Origin: Pristiophorus japonicus | Lineage: Eukaryota | NCBI RefSeq assembly: GCF_044704955.1 | Contig: NC_091989.1 | Coordinates: 104,346,001 to 104,410,000 of the forward strand | Length of the DNA stretch: 64,000 bases | Direction: 5' to 3' | Shown here: positions 51,708 to 64,000 of the stretch, one piece after another | Layout of the letters: each line of letters starts with the position of its first letter | Numbering within the stretch: the stretch's first letter is position 1 | Made by a program: the position numbers and the translations under genes | Notes under the pieces: model-generated | What the model was told of the DNA's origin: nothing | What the model saw: only the letters and a program-made list of their open reading frames with translations | Database searches by the model: none

Positions 51708-52452
51708 GGCGTGAAATTTGCAGTCGGAAGCGTACGTCCAGAGTATGCTTCCGACTGGCTAAACATATCCGCACTTACCTTCAGGGTCCCAGGCTGCTGA
51801 GATATCTAGTCCTCGGCCTGCAGAGGTACGCCTGCGTAAAGACCCACGAATCCCTGGGAGGCGGGACGTTCCGAACCGTCCCTGGAATCATGTGGGCCAG
51901 GTCGCTCGATCAGAAAGAAGGATTCATAATATGCTTATGGCGATTCCATTTATTTACGGAATACCCATAAGCATATTAGGAATATGCAAACAATTAAATA
52001 ATTTAGACAACTGCAATAAAAATAAATGCTACCATTTTCAAAATTAATGGAAAGTCCCTTCAATAAAACAAATACAATAAAATGTAATTTTTTGAAAAAA
52101 TATTTTAAATATTTTAATCCGGGCCAAAATTTGCATAAAATAATTGTATGTGTTTGCACATTTTTTTATTTAAAAATTTTTAATTTAAGATTTATATTAA
52201 CCCTTACACTGGTGAAACCAGACCCTATGCCTGCTTTTACCAGGCATAAAGGTTTCATGGGTATTTGCTGGACAGTAGTTGGGCAAATACTGGGTTTAAC
52301 GAAAGTGATTTTCTGGTTGTTGCAGTACATCTGTCAAGGCAAACAAAAACAGATCGCAAGTTCTGATTTTTCAGGCATGTGCATCGCATTCAGAAACCTG
52401 GATCATGCAGGGCCCTTCTGAAGCCATCAGCAGAACTGGAAAATCTGGGTCA
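51708..52452. mobile_element. Degenerate non-autonomous TIR element
   Basis: Ends ggcgtgaaattt / aaaatctgggtc resemble the GGG..AATT termini of other MITEs in this window; AT-rich core. Confidence 0.4.
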
Positions 52453-52536
52453 TAGTGTCAACAACACTGAAACAGATCATTCGGTCTAACTGGTCTGTGC
52501 CAGCGTTTATGCTTCACATGAGCTTCCTCCCACCCG

Positions 52537-52930
52537 GAGATGTGAGCACAAAATTCTAAGCTGAAACTTGAATGTAGTAATGAGGGAGTGTTGCATTGTC
52601 TTATATATGCAGCGTTAAAAGGAGGCCACATCTGCACTCTCAGGTGGATGTAAAATATCCCATGGCAAGATTTAGAAGAACGGCTTTGGAGTAATCTCCG
52701 GTGTCCTGGCCAAAATGTATCCCTGAATCAATATTACTAAAAAAAAACAGATTTTCTGGTCATTATAACATTGCTGTATGTGGGAGCTTGCTGTGCACAA
52801 ATTGGCAGCCACGTTTCCTATATTACAACAATGACAACACTTAAAAACTATTTAATTGACTGTAACACGCTTTGGGATGTCCTGAGGACGTGAAGGGTAC
52901 TATATAAATGCAAGTCTTTCTTTTCTTTTT
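52537..52930 (+). mobile_element. Deu-domain SINE (SacSINE1/AmnSINE-like)
   Basis: gagggagtgttgcattgtc...ggtgtcctggcc...ttgctgtgcacaaattggc...tatataaatgcaagtctttc tail, recognised from memory of this family. Confidence 0.7.
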
Positions 52931-53429
52931 CCTTCATGTAAGCATCATTAACATATCCTGCTATTTCTTTCTTCCTCATGTGTTTATCTAGCTGCCCCAT
53001 AAATGCAGATATGCTATTCACTCACCAGCTGCTTGTGGTATCACTCTCCAAATTCTTACCACACTTTGGGTAGGTAAGGTTCTTCTGAATCAACTATTGG
53101 ATTTTTTTTAGTGACACCTTTATATTTATGACCTCTAGTTTTGGTCTCCCCTACAAGTGGAAAGATTTTGTTTATGTCTACTTAGCAAATCCTTTCAGAA
53201 TCTTAAAGATCTCCAACAAATCTAGAGAAAAGAACCCCGGCCTGTTCAGCCTTTTTTCGATAGATACATCCTCTCAGTTCTGGTGTCATCATTGTGAATC
53301 TTTTTTGCCTGGTATAGATATTTCCATCTCCCTTGTAACACATCCACCCCTGTGAGGCCACTGAGTGGAAGATTCATCTCTAATTACAGGCACCTTATTT
53401 TTGCTGTTGTAGGCTCTTATCCTATCGGA

Positions 53430-56400
53430 GAGGCAGAGTCCAGAGAGCAGAGTCGGCAGAGGCCTATAAAAGGCCCACACTCAAGGAGTTTGTGAGTCGG
53501 AGAGGCGGGAGCCCAAGGAGCAGAGTTGGCGGAGGCCTATAAAAGGCCCACACTCGAGGAGTTCGGGAGTCCAGAGAGCAGAGTCGGCGGAGGCCTATAA
53601 AAGGCTCACACTCGAGGAGTTCGGGAGTTCGGGAGGCCCAGCCGGTGCAGCTGCAGCAGGGTGAGAAGGCAAAAAAGAAGTGGAAAGAAATCGAAAGTTG
53701 ACGTCACAGCCAAGGAGGTAAGTGATTGGCTGGTGATTGGTGAGTAGTTTTTCTTTTTTCTTTTCTTTATCAGCAAGTAATCTTTAGCATTGTTGTTGCC
53801 AAATTAAGTGAATCTAGGGGTTAAGATATGGTAGGACAGCTCGGACACGTGTTATGCTCCTCCTGTAATATGTGGGAAGTCAGGGACGCTTCCGGTGTCC
53901 CTGACGACTACGTGTGCGGGAAGTGTATCCGCCTCCAGCACATGACGGACCGCGGTGTGGAATTGGAGCTGCAGGTGGATTCACTCTGGAGCATCCACGA
54001 TGCTGAGAATGACGTGAATAGCACGTTTAGCGAGTTGGTCTTACCGCAGGTAAAGGGTACACAGCCTGCTAGTGAATGGGTGACCAACAGAAAGAGCAGT
54101 GCAAAGAAGGTAGTGCAGGGGTTCCCTGCGGTCATCCTCCTGAAAATAGATACACCACTTTGGGTACTGTTGAGGGGGATGACTCAGCAGGGAAGAGCAG
54201 CAGCAGCCAAGATCATGGCACCGTGGGTGGCTCTGCTGCACAGGGGGGCAGGGAAAAGAGTGGGAGAGCTATAGTGATAGGGGATTCGATTGTAAGGGGA
54301 ATAGAGCCGCGTTTCTGCAGCCACAACCGAGACTCCAGGATGGTATGTTGCCTCCCTGGTGCAAGGGTCAAGGATGTCTCGGAGCGGGAGCAGGACATTC
54401 TGAAAAGGGAGGGTGAACAGCCAGTTGTCGTGGTGCATATAGGTACCAACGACATAGGTAAAAAAATGGGATGAGGTCCTACGAGACGAATTTGGGGAAC
54501 TAGGAGTTAAATTAAAAAGTAGGACCTCAAAAGTAGTAATCTCAGGATTGCTACCAGTGCCACGTGCTAGTCAGAATAGGAATCGCAGGATGGCTCAGCT
54601 GAATACGTGGCTTGAGGAGTGGTGCAGAATGAAGGAATTCAAATTTCTGGGACATTGGAACCGGTTCAGCGGGAGGTGGGACCAGTACAAAACGGACGGT
54701 CTGCAGCTGGGCATGACGGGAACCAATGTTCTCGGGAGAGCGTTTGCTCGTGCTGTTGAGGATGAGTTAAACTAACATGGCAGGGGGATGGGAACCTATG
54801 CAGGGAGACAGAGTGAAATAAAATGGAGGCAGAAGCAAAAGATAGAAAGGAGAATAGTAAAAGTGGAGAGTAGAGAAACCCAAGGCAAAAAACAAAAATG
54901 GCCACATGACAGCAAAATTCTAAAGGGGCAAAGTGTGTTAAAAAGACAAGCCTGAAGGCTCTGTGCCTCAATGCGAGGAGTATTCGGAATAAGGTAGACG
55001 AATTAACTGCGCAGACGGCAGTAAATGGATATGATGTAATTGGCATCACGGAGACATGGCTCCAGGGTGACCAAGGCTGGGAACTTAACATCCAGGGGTA
55101 TTCAACATTTAGGAAGGATAGGTAGAGAGGAAAGGGAGGCAGGGTGGCGTTACTGGTTAAAGAGGAAATTAATGCAATAGTAAGGAAGGACATGAGTTTG
55201 GATGATGTGGAATCGGTATGGGTGAAGCTGCGGAATACCAAAGGGCAGAAAATGCTAGTGGGAGTTGTATACAGACCACCAAACAGTAGTAGTGATGTTG
55301 AGGACAGCATCAAAGAAGAAATAAGGGACGTGTGCAATAAAGGTACAGCAGAAATCATGGGTGACTTTAATCTACATATAGATTGGGCTAACCAAACTGG
55401 TAGCAATGCAGTGGAGGAGGATTTCCTGGAGTGTATTAGGGATGGTTTTCTGGACCAATATGTCGAGGAATCAACTAGAGAGCTGGCCATCCTAGACTGG
55501 GTGATGTGTAATGAGAAGGGACTAATTAGCAATCTTGTTGTGCGAGGCCCCTTGGGGAAGAGTGACCATAATATGGTAGAATTCTTTATTCAGATGGAGA
55601 GTGACACAGTTAATTCGGAAACTAGAGTCCTGAACTTAAGGAAAGGTAACTTCGACGGTATGAGGCGTAAATTGGCTAGAATAGACTGATAAAGGATACT
55701 TAAAGGGTTGATGATGGATAAGCAATGGCAAACATTTAAAGAGCACATGAATGAACTTCAGCAATTGTACATCCCTGTCTGGAATAAAAATTAAACGGGG
55801 AAGGTAGCTCAACCGTGGCTAACAAGGGAAATTAAGGATAGTGTTAAAACCAAGGAAGAGGCATACAAATTGACTAGAAAAAGCAACAACCCTGAGGACT
55901 GGGAGAAATTTAGAATTCAACAGAGGATGACTAAGGGTATAATTAAGAGGGGGAAAATAGAGTATGAGAGAAAGCTTCCAGGGAACATAAAAACTGACTG
56001 CAAAAGCTTCTATAAATATGTGAAGAGAAAAAAATGAGTGAAGACAAATGTAGGTCCCTTGCAGTCGGATTCAGGTGAATTTATAATGGGGAACAAAGAA
56101 ATGGCAGACCAATTGAACAAATACTTTGGTTCCGTCTTCATGAAGGAAGACACAAATAACCTTCCGAATGTACTAGGGACAATGGAACTAATGAGAAGGA
56201 GGAACTGAAGGATATCCTTATTAGGCAAGAAATTGTGTTCAGGAAATTGTTGGGATTGAAGGCCGATGAATCCCCGGAGCCTGATAATCTGCATCCCAGA
56301 GTACTTAAGGAAGTGGCCCTAGAAATAGTGGATGCATTGGTGATCATTTTCCAACAGTCTATCGACTCTAGATCAGTTCCTATGGACTGGAGGGTAGCTA

Positions 56401-58036
56401 ATGTAACAACACTTTTTAAAAAAGGAGGGAGAGAGAAAACGTGTAATTATAGACTGGTTAGTCTGACATCAGTATTGGGGAAAATGTTCGAATCAATAAT
56501 TAAGGATGGAATAGCAGCGCATTTGGAAAGCAGTGATAGGATCGGTCCAAGTCAGCATGAATTTATGAAAGTGAAATCATGCTTGATGAATCTTCTGGAA
56601 TTTATGAGGATCCCCTGCCGCAGTGAGTTGTTCATGCCAGTTCATTGGATATATTCAAGAGGAAGTTCGATATGGCCCTTACGGCTAAGGGGATCAAGGG
56701 GTATGGAGAGAAAACAGGAATGGGGTACTGAGGGAATGATCAGCCATGATCTTATTGAATGGCGGTGCAGGCTCGAAGGGCTGAATGGCCTACACCTGCA
56801 CTATTTTCTATGTTTCTATGTAACTAGCAGAGTAGACAAGGGAGAACCAGTGGATGTGGTGTATTTGGACTTTCAAAAGGCTTTTTGACAAGGTCCCACA
56901 TAAGAGATTGGTGTGCAAAATCAAAGCACATGGTATTGGGGGTAAAGTACTGATGTGGATAGAAAACTGGTTGGCAGACAGGAAGCAGAGAGTCGAGATA
57001 AACGGGTCCTTTTCAGAATGGCAGGCAGTGACTAGTGGAGTGCCGCAGGGCTCAGTGCTGGGACGCCAGCTCTTTACAATATACATTAATGATTTAGATG
57101 AAGGAATTGAGTGTAATATCTCCAAGTTTGCAGATGACACTAAACTGGGTGGCGGTGTGAGCTGTGAGAAAACAGGTTGACTTGGACAGGTTAGGTGAGT
57201 GGGCAAATGCATGGCAGATGCAGTATAATGTGGATATATGTGAGGTTATCCATTTTGGGGGCAAAACACAAAGGCAGAATATTATCTGGATGGCGGCAGA
57301 TTAGGAAAAGGGGAGGTGCAACGAGACCTGGGTGCATTGGTTCATCAGTCATTGAAAGTTGGCATGCAGGTACAGCAGGCGGTGAAGAAGGCAAATGGCA
57401 TGTTGGCCTTCATAGCTAGGGGATTTGAGGGAAGGAGCAGGGAGGTCATACTGCAGTTGTACAGGGCCTTAGTGAGGCCTCACCTGGAATATTGTGTTCA
57501 GTTTTGGTCTCCTAATCTGAGGAAGGACATTCTTGCTATTGAGGAAGTGCAGCGAAAGTTCACCAGACTGATTCCTGGGATGGCTGGACTGACATATGAA
57601 GAAAGACTGGATCAACTGGGCCTTTATACACTGGAGTTTAGAAGGATGAGAGGGGATCTCATAGAAACGTATAAGATTCTGATGGTACTGGACAGGTTAG
57701 ATGCGGGAAGAATGTTCCCGATGTTGAGGAAGTCCAGAACCAGGGAACATAGTCTTAGGATAAGGGGTAGGCTATTTAGACCTGAGATGAGGAGAAACTT
57801 CTTCACTCAGAGAGTTGTTAACCTGTGGAATTCCCTACCTCAGAGAGTTGTTGATGCCAGTTCATTGGATATATTCAAGAGGGAGTTAGATATGGCCCTT
57901 ACAGCTAAAGAGATCAAGGTATGGAGAGAAAGCAGGAAAGGGCTACTGAGGGAATAGTCAGCCATGATCTTATTGAATGGCGGTGTAGGCTTGAAGGGCT
58001 GAATGGCCTACACCTGCACCTATTTACTATGTTTAG
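53430..58036 (+). mobile_element. Full-length CR1 LINE (5'UTR repeats, ORF1 zinc finger and SGNH esterase, ORF2 APE-RT), inactivated
   Basis: ORF1 CSSCNMW..YVCGKC and IVIGDSIVRG/VHIGTND; ORF2 pieces 55144-57957; 3'UTR to ~58036. Confidence 0.92.
56612..56820 (+). mobile_element. Short CR1 3' end nested inside the RT of the full-length CR1
   Basis: RT reads LLEF..gagga, then 3'UTR and tttctatg tail, then resumes taactagcagagtagacaag (VTSRVDK). Confidence 0.8.
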
Positions 58037-59329
58037 AAATTGGCCTACGACTGTCCCAAATGTGATTCATGTGGGAAACCCTGGGAGGTGGAGAATAGGA
58101 TTGAGGACATCGATCGCTTCACCCAGGCATGCTTCACTTAGAGGTGGAAGTGTTGAAAATGTAATATATTAATCCATCACAACAGCTAGTTGTTCATTCT
58201 TATATTTTTCATTGTATGTTGTCCTGCGACTAAACTCACTGAAGTCAGAGGTTATACTGTTCAGCCACAGCCAGAATATCAGTGCTTTACCCATAAATTC
58301 CATGCCTTTCCAGGATTAATCTTTGGATTAAACTGGCAGTGCACAACCTAGCAAATGTGAACCTGACCAGAGCTTCGAGTCCTACAAACAGTCAGTGAAC
58401 AAGTCCACCTATTAATAGCACATGTGCCAATCCCTATCTCATCGCCACTGCTGCAAAAACTCTCATCCGCAACTTTGCAACCTCCAGACTGAACTTTCCC
58501 AAGGCCATCACAGCCAACTTTATAAGTTCCACCTTCCATGCACTCACCGAGACCTCCAGTACAACATTCTTGACTTACAAATTGCCATTTAGCGATATCA
58601 CCTTTGAACAATTGTTGGAATATGGAACTCAGTTAATTCTGCTTCTGAAAGGAGTTTATGTTTAGTTCATGCAATATAGGAAAAATCATCAGAGCGAGAG
58701 AGAGATACAGATTTTACTTAGCACCAGCCAGTTGCTGTTTACCAGCTAACTGACCTTGGATATATTTATAATAGAATGTTTAGATTAGAAATGTTACGAT
58801 AAGAATGTCTGGAGACTAGAATGGTTATGCTTACCACGGCAAGGCCACCATGATTTTACATGCATCTAACGTTGTTGACATATGTTGAAGAAAAGGCAGA
58901 GTTGTTTCTTTGGACTATGCAGTAGCCAGAGACTACCATATTCGCAATGCCATTTCCATTTTGATAAGAAAACACTGTATAAATATATATTTTTTCCGTT
59001 GTTCAAGAAGCACGAGAAACGACCAAAGGCTACATTTGCGTGTTCTACCTGTGACTATACTCCGCTTGTAAAATGCTTGTTATGCTGAAGTTAAAGAATA
59101 AAATGATTATAAGCAGAAGACTGAATTCGTTACTACTCAAGCAAACAACAGAACAACAATACTGAGCCTCTGTGCCTCTAGGGGTAAACTTCAAATTCCT
59201 CATCCTTATCTACAAATTCCTCAATAATATCGCTGCACGTTATCCTTCCTCCACCTTTGCTCTCAGCTTAGACTTTCAAAGTTGTCTCACCTCAACATCT
59301 CATTCTTCCCATGCCGCCGTCTTCAACTG

Positions 59330-62095
59330 TTGCAGTCCTTGTGGTGAAGGTACTCCCACAATGTTATTAGTGAAGGAGTTTCAGGATTTTGACCCAGCGA
59401 CGATGAAGAAACAACAAAGTATTCACAGGTCAGAATGGTGTGAAAATTGGAGGGGAACTTGCAGATGATGGTGTTCCCATGAACCTATTGTGTTTGTCAT
59501 TCTTGGTGGTACAAGTTGCAGGTTTGGGAGGTGCTACTGAAGAAGCCTTGTCGAGTTGCTGCAGCGTCTCTTGGAGATGGTACATACTGCAGCCACAGTG
59601 TGCCAGATATGCAGGGAATGAATGTTTAAGGGGTGGATAGGGTGCCATTAGAATGGGCTGCTTTGTCGTGGATGGTATCAAGCTTCTCGAGTCTTTTTGG
59701 AGCTGCACTCATTCAGACAGGTGGAGAGTATTCCATCAAACTCCTGACCTGCACCTTGTAAAAAGACTTTGGGCAATCAGGAGGTGAGACACTTACCACA
59801 GAATACCCAGCCTCTGACCTGCTCTTGCAGCCACATTATTTATGTGTCTGGTCCAGTTCAGTTTCTGGTCAATGGTGATGCCCAGGATGTTGATAATAAA
59901 AACATAAGAAATAGGGACAGGAGTAGGCCATACTGCCCCTCGAGCCTGCTCCGCCATTCAATAAGATCATGGCTGATCTGATCATGAACTCAGCTCCACT
60001 TCCCCACCCGCTCCCCATAACCCTTTATCCCCTTATCGTTTAAGAAACTGTCCATTTATTCAATGGCCCAGCTTCCACAGCTCTCTGAGGCAACGAATTC
60101 CATAGATTTACAACCCTCTGAGAGAAGAAATTTCTCCTCATCTCTGCTTTAAATGGGCAGCCCCTGATTCTAAGATCATGCCCTCTAGTTCTAGTCTCCA
60201 CCATCAGTGGAAACATCCTCTCTGCATTCACCTTGTCAAGGCCCCTCATAATCTTATACATTTCGATAAGATCACTTCTCATTCTTCTGAATTCCAATGA
60301 GTAGTGGCCCAACCTACACAACCATTCCTCATAAGTCAACCTCCTCATCCCCGGAATCAAACTAGTGAACTTTCTCTGAACTGCCTCCAAAGGAAATATA
60401 TCCTTTCGTAAATATGGAAACCAAAACTGCATGCAATATTCCAGGTGTGGCCTCACCAATAACTTATATAGCTGTAGCAAGACTTCCCTGCTTTTATACT
60501 CCATCCCCTTTGCAATAAAGGCCAACATACAATTGGCCTTCCTGATCACTGGCTAGACCTGCATACTATCCTTTTGTGTTTCATGCACAAGTACCCCAGA
60601 TGGTGGCTATTCGGTGAAGGTAATGCCATTGACTGTTAAGGGGCAGTGGTTTGACTCTCACTTGTTGGAGATTGTCAATGTCTGGCATTTGTGTGGTGTG
60701 AATGTTGCGTGCCACTTTTAAGCCCAAGCCTGAATGTCATTCAGATCTAGCTGCATTCAGGCATGGACTGCTGCTTTTTCTGAGTAATTGTGAATAGAAC
60801 TGAACATAGTAATCATCAGTGAACATTCCCACTTCTGATCTTATTATGGAGGGAAGGTCAATGATGAAGCGGCTGAAGATGGATCAGTCGAGGCCACTGC
60901 CCTGAGGAACTCCTACCACAGTATCAAGGGCAGTCACTCGCACCTCACCTGTGGAATTCAGCTCTTTGTCCATGTTTAGACCAAGGCTGTAATGAGGTTT
61001 GGAGCCGAGTGGTCCTGGCAGAATCCAAACTGAGCATCGGTGAGCAGGTTATTGATGAATAAATGAGGCTTGTTCGCACTCTCGATGACACCTTCCATCA
61101 CTTTGCTGATGATTAAGAGTGGACTGATGGGGCAATAATTGGCCAGATTTGATTTGTCTTGCTTTTTTTGGACAGGATGTACCTGAGTAGTTTTGCACAT
61201 TGTCGATTATTGCCAGTGTTGTAGCTATACTGGAACAACTTGGCTAGAGACGCGGGTAGTGCTGGAGCAAAGTCTTCAGCATGCTAGCCAGGATGTTTTC
61301 AGGGCCCAGAGCCTTTGCTGGATCCAATCCATTCAGCCGTTTCCTGATATCACGTGCAGTGAAGCAAATTGGCTGAAGACTGGCTTATATGATGGTGGGG
61401 TCCTCAAGAGGAGGCCGATATGGATCATCCACTCGGAACCTCTGGCTGAAGATGGTTGCAAGCACTTTAGCCTTGACTTTTTCAATCATGTGTTGGGCTC
61501 CGTCATGATTGAGGATGGGGATTTCGTGGAGCCTTCTCGTCCCGTTTGTTGTTTAATTGTCCACCACCATTCATAACTAGATGTGGTAGCATTGCAGAGT
61601 TTTTATCTAATCCATTGATTTTGGGATTTCTTAGATCTGTCTATAGCATGCTGCTACCTCTGTTGAGCATGTATGTAGGCTTGTGTTGCAGCTTCTCCAG
61701 GTTGGCACCTCATTTTCAGGTATGACTGATGCTGCTCCTGTCATGCTCTTCTGCACTGCTCATTCAACCAGGGTTGGTTCCCAGGCTTGATGGCAATGGT
61801 AGAGTGAGGAATATGCTGGGCCATGAGATAACAGATTGTGCTGGATTACATTTCTGCTGCTGCTGATGTCCCACAGCGCCACATTGATGTGAGTTTTCAG
61901 CTGCTAGATCTGTTCTGAATCTATCCCATTTAGCATGGTGGTAGTGCCACACAACACGATGGAGGGTGTCTTCAGTATGAACACTGGATTTCTTCTCCAC
62001 AAGGACTGTGTTATAGTCACTGTTACCAATGCTTTCATGGACAGATACAATGCTACAGGTACATTGGTGAGGATGAAGTCAAGTAGGTTTTTCCT
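59330..62095 (-). mobile_element. Divergent CR1/L2-group LINE, interrupted by a CR1 insertion
   Basis: ORF 60976-61200 ANYCPISPLLIISKVME...QFGF; ORF 61764-62000 VVWHYHHAKWDRFR; host sequence resumes colinearly after 60598. Confidence 0.75.
59897..60598 (-). mobile_element. CR1 RT 3' end nested in the older LINE
   Basis: ORF 60040-60549; aacataagaaatagg tail. Confidence 0.88.
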
Positions 62096-62109
62096 CTAAT
62101 GTCCTTCTA

Positions 62110-63450
62110 GGAAATAGGAGCAGAAGCAGGCCATACAGCCTCTCGAACCTGCTCCGCCCTGAAATAAGTTTTATCTATTGATTTATATATTGATCTCAGT
62201 CTTGAATATGCACATCAACTAAGAATCAAATGCTATCTCGGATAGAGAATTCCAAAGATTGGCATCTCTCTGAGTGAGGAAATGTCTCCTTGTCGCAGCT
62301 CTAAATGGCTGACAACTTATCCACAAATCACGACCCATAGTTCTAGACTCTCCAGTTAGGCAAAACAATGTCTCAGTATGTACCCTGTCAAACCCTCTAA
62401 GAATTTCACATGTATCAAAAAAACTCCAGAGAATATAGGCACATTCTGCTCAATATTTCCCCACAGGACTGAACTTCCATCCCAGGAATCAATATAGTGA
62501 ACCCTCATTGTACTCCTCTAAGGCAAGTATATCCTTCCTCAGGTAAGGAGACCAAAACTGTACACAGTACTCCAGGTGTGGTCTCACCAATGCCCTATAT
62601 AATTGGAACAAGACTTCCTTACTTATATACTCCACACCACTTGAAATAAAGGCTAACATACAATTTGCTGAAAATTACCCATTTAAGCCTACTCTCTGTT
62701 TTCTGTCTGTTAACCAATCCTCAATCAATGATAAGATATTATCCCCAATCCCATGATCTCTTATCTTGCATAACAACCTCTTATGTGGCACCTTATCAAA
62801 TGCCTTCAGAAAAGCAATTATACCACACACTGGTTTCGCCTTACATACCATGCTGGTTAAACCTCCCAAAATCTCTAATAGATTTGCCAAACACGGCTTT
62901 CCTATCATAAAGCCATGTTGACTCTGCCTAATGATACTGTGATTTTGCAAGTGCCCTGTTACCACGTCTTTAATAATAGATTCTAGCAAGTTCCCTACTA
63001 TGGATTTCAGGCTGAATGGCCTATAGTCACGTGTTTTCTCTCTCACTCTCTTCTTGAACAACATTACATTTGTTACCTTCCAATATACAGGGACCATTCT
63101 AGAATCTAGCGAATTCTCGAAGATCAAAACCAATCCATCCACTATCTCTGCAGCCACCTCTTTTAAAACCATTGGATGTAGGCCATTAAGTCCAGGGGAT
63201 TTGTTGGATTTTAGTCTCATTAATTTCTCCCGTACTTTTTCTTTACTAATATTAATTACCTTAAGTCTTCTATTTTGCATCTTCTGCTGTGAAGTTAGAT
63301 ACCAAATATTTGTTTAACATCTCTGTCATTTCCTTATTTCCTCTTATAATTTCTCCATTCTCTGCCTCTAAGGAGCGTGTGTTTACCTTTGCTAATCTCT
63401 TCTGCCTTACATATTTGTGAAAACTATTAAAAGCAATTTTTATACTTCTT
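62110..63450 (-). mobile_element. Degenerate CR1 RT
   Basis: ORF 62675-63280 KSPGLNGLHP...QHGF...KAFDKVPH. Confidence 0.85.
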
Positions 63451-63799
63451 GCATTTATCCTTCAGCTTGGATCTGATGCCCAACTGTGAACTACTTTGTA
63501 ACATTTGCTACAATAAATGAGCTGTATAAATTCAACTTGTCTGTAAATAGGGATAATACATAATTTAACACGCTATAGAAGAATATAGTAGTCATTTATA
63601 TACCAAGATAGCAGCTCTCCATATTGTCACTTCATAGACATGACACTGTCATGAGATAATATAATTTATAAAATGAAAGTCATAAGCAACTGAAGTGTAG
63701 ATACAAAATAGTAAATCCAGCCAATTTTTAAACTAGGCTAGTGCAAGTGAAAAAGTTAAATCAGAAACTTATTAAATGTTCATGTGTATCGTGCATACT

Positions 63800-64000
63800 T
63801 TTTCATGCTATGGGCAATGGAAATCTAGAACTCGCTCTCAAAAAGCTGTGGCTGCTGGGTCAATTGAAATGTTCAAGATTTTAGATCGATAAATATGTGT
63901 TGGGTAAAGTGTTTCAAGGGATATGGTTGCAAAAGCGAGTAAACAAAATTGAGGTACAGTTTAGGTACTAAATCAATGAACAGGATCGAAGGGTTGAATA
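63800..64000 (+). mobile_element. Old CR1 3' fragment
   Basis: Resembles the CR1 NLWNSL/3'UTR region, heavily decayed. Confidence 0.5.

Noticed and set aside
51677-51970. ORF MCTSKYIEI... with an SxYxxI motif after a cag acceptor
   Set aside because: Runs directly into a MITE-like repeat and has no similarity to the gene 1 tail
54666-55532. 288-aa antisense ORF and similar antisense ORFs over CR1 copies
   Set aside because: Shadow frames of CR1 ORF2, with no independent evidence

Overview
Eukaryotic, repeat-rich vertebrate DNA. The CR1, RTE and Deu-domain SINE families and the Mag-type Gypsy elements point to a cartilaginous fish (inference). Most ORF-track hits are transposon fragments. 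Reconstructing splice sites by hand gives an intact 7-exon, 373-aa Ig-superfamily receptor gene at 7445-16304 (+): leader, germline-joined VJ domain, C1 domain, TM, and a tail with two ITIM/ITSM pairs, in a SIRP-alpha-like arrangement. A second, disabled paralog (32023-43440, +) has a frameshifted V exon and no C1 exon. Its intron holds a ~9.4 kb antisense endogenous retrovirus (33006-42384). The retrovirus has a 1.2 kb LTR, a tRNA-Arg PBS, a coiled-coil/CCHC gag, a spuma/loki-like pol with both tether and RNase H, and an env with a decayed Ig-like domain and two furin sites. Two Mag-clade Gypsy elements flank the second gene, and their LTRs carry convergent CTCF-like motifs. The rest of the window is CR1/RTE LINEs, SINEs and TIR elements.
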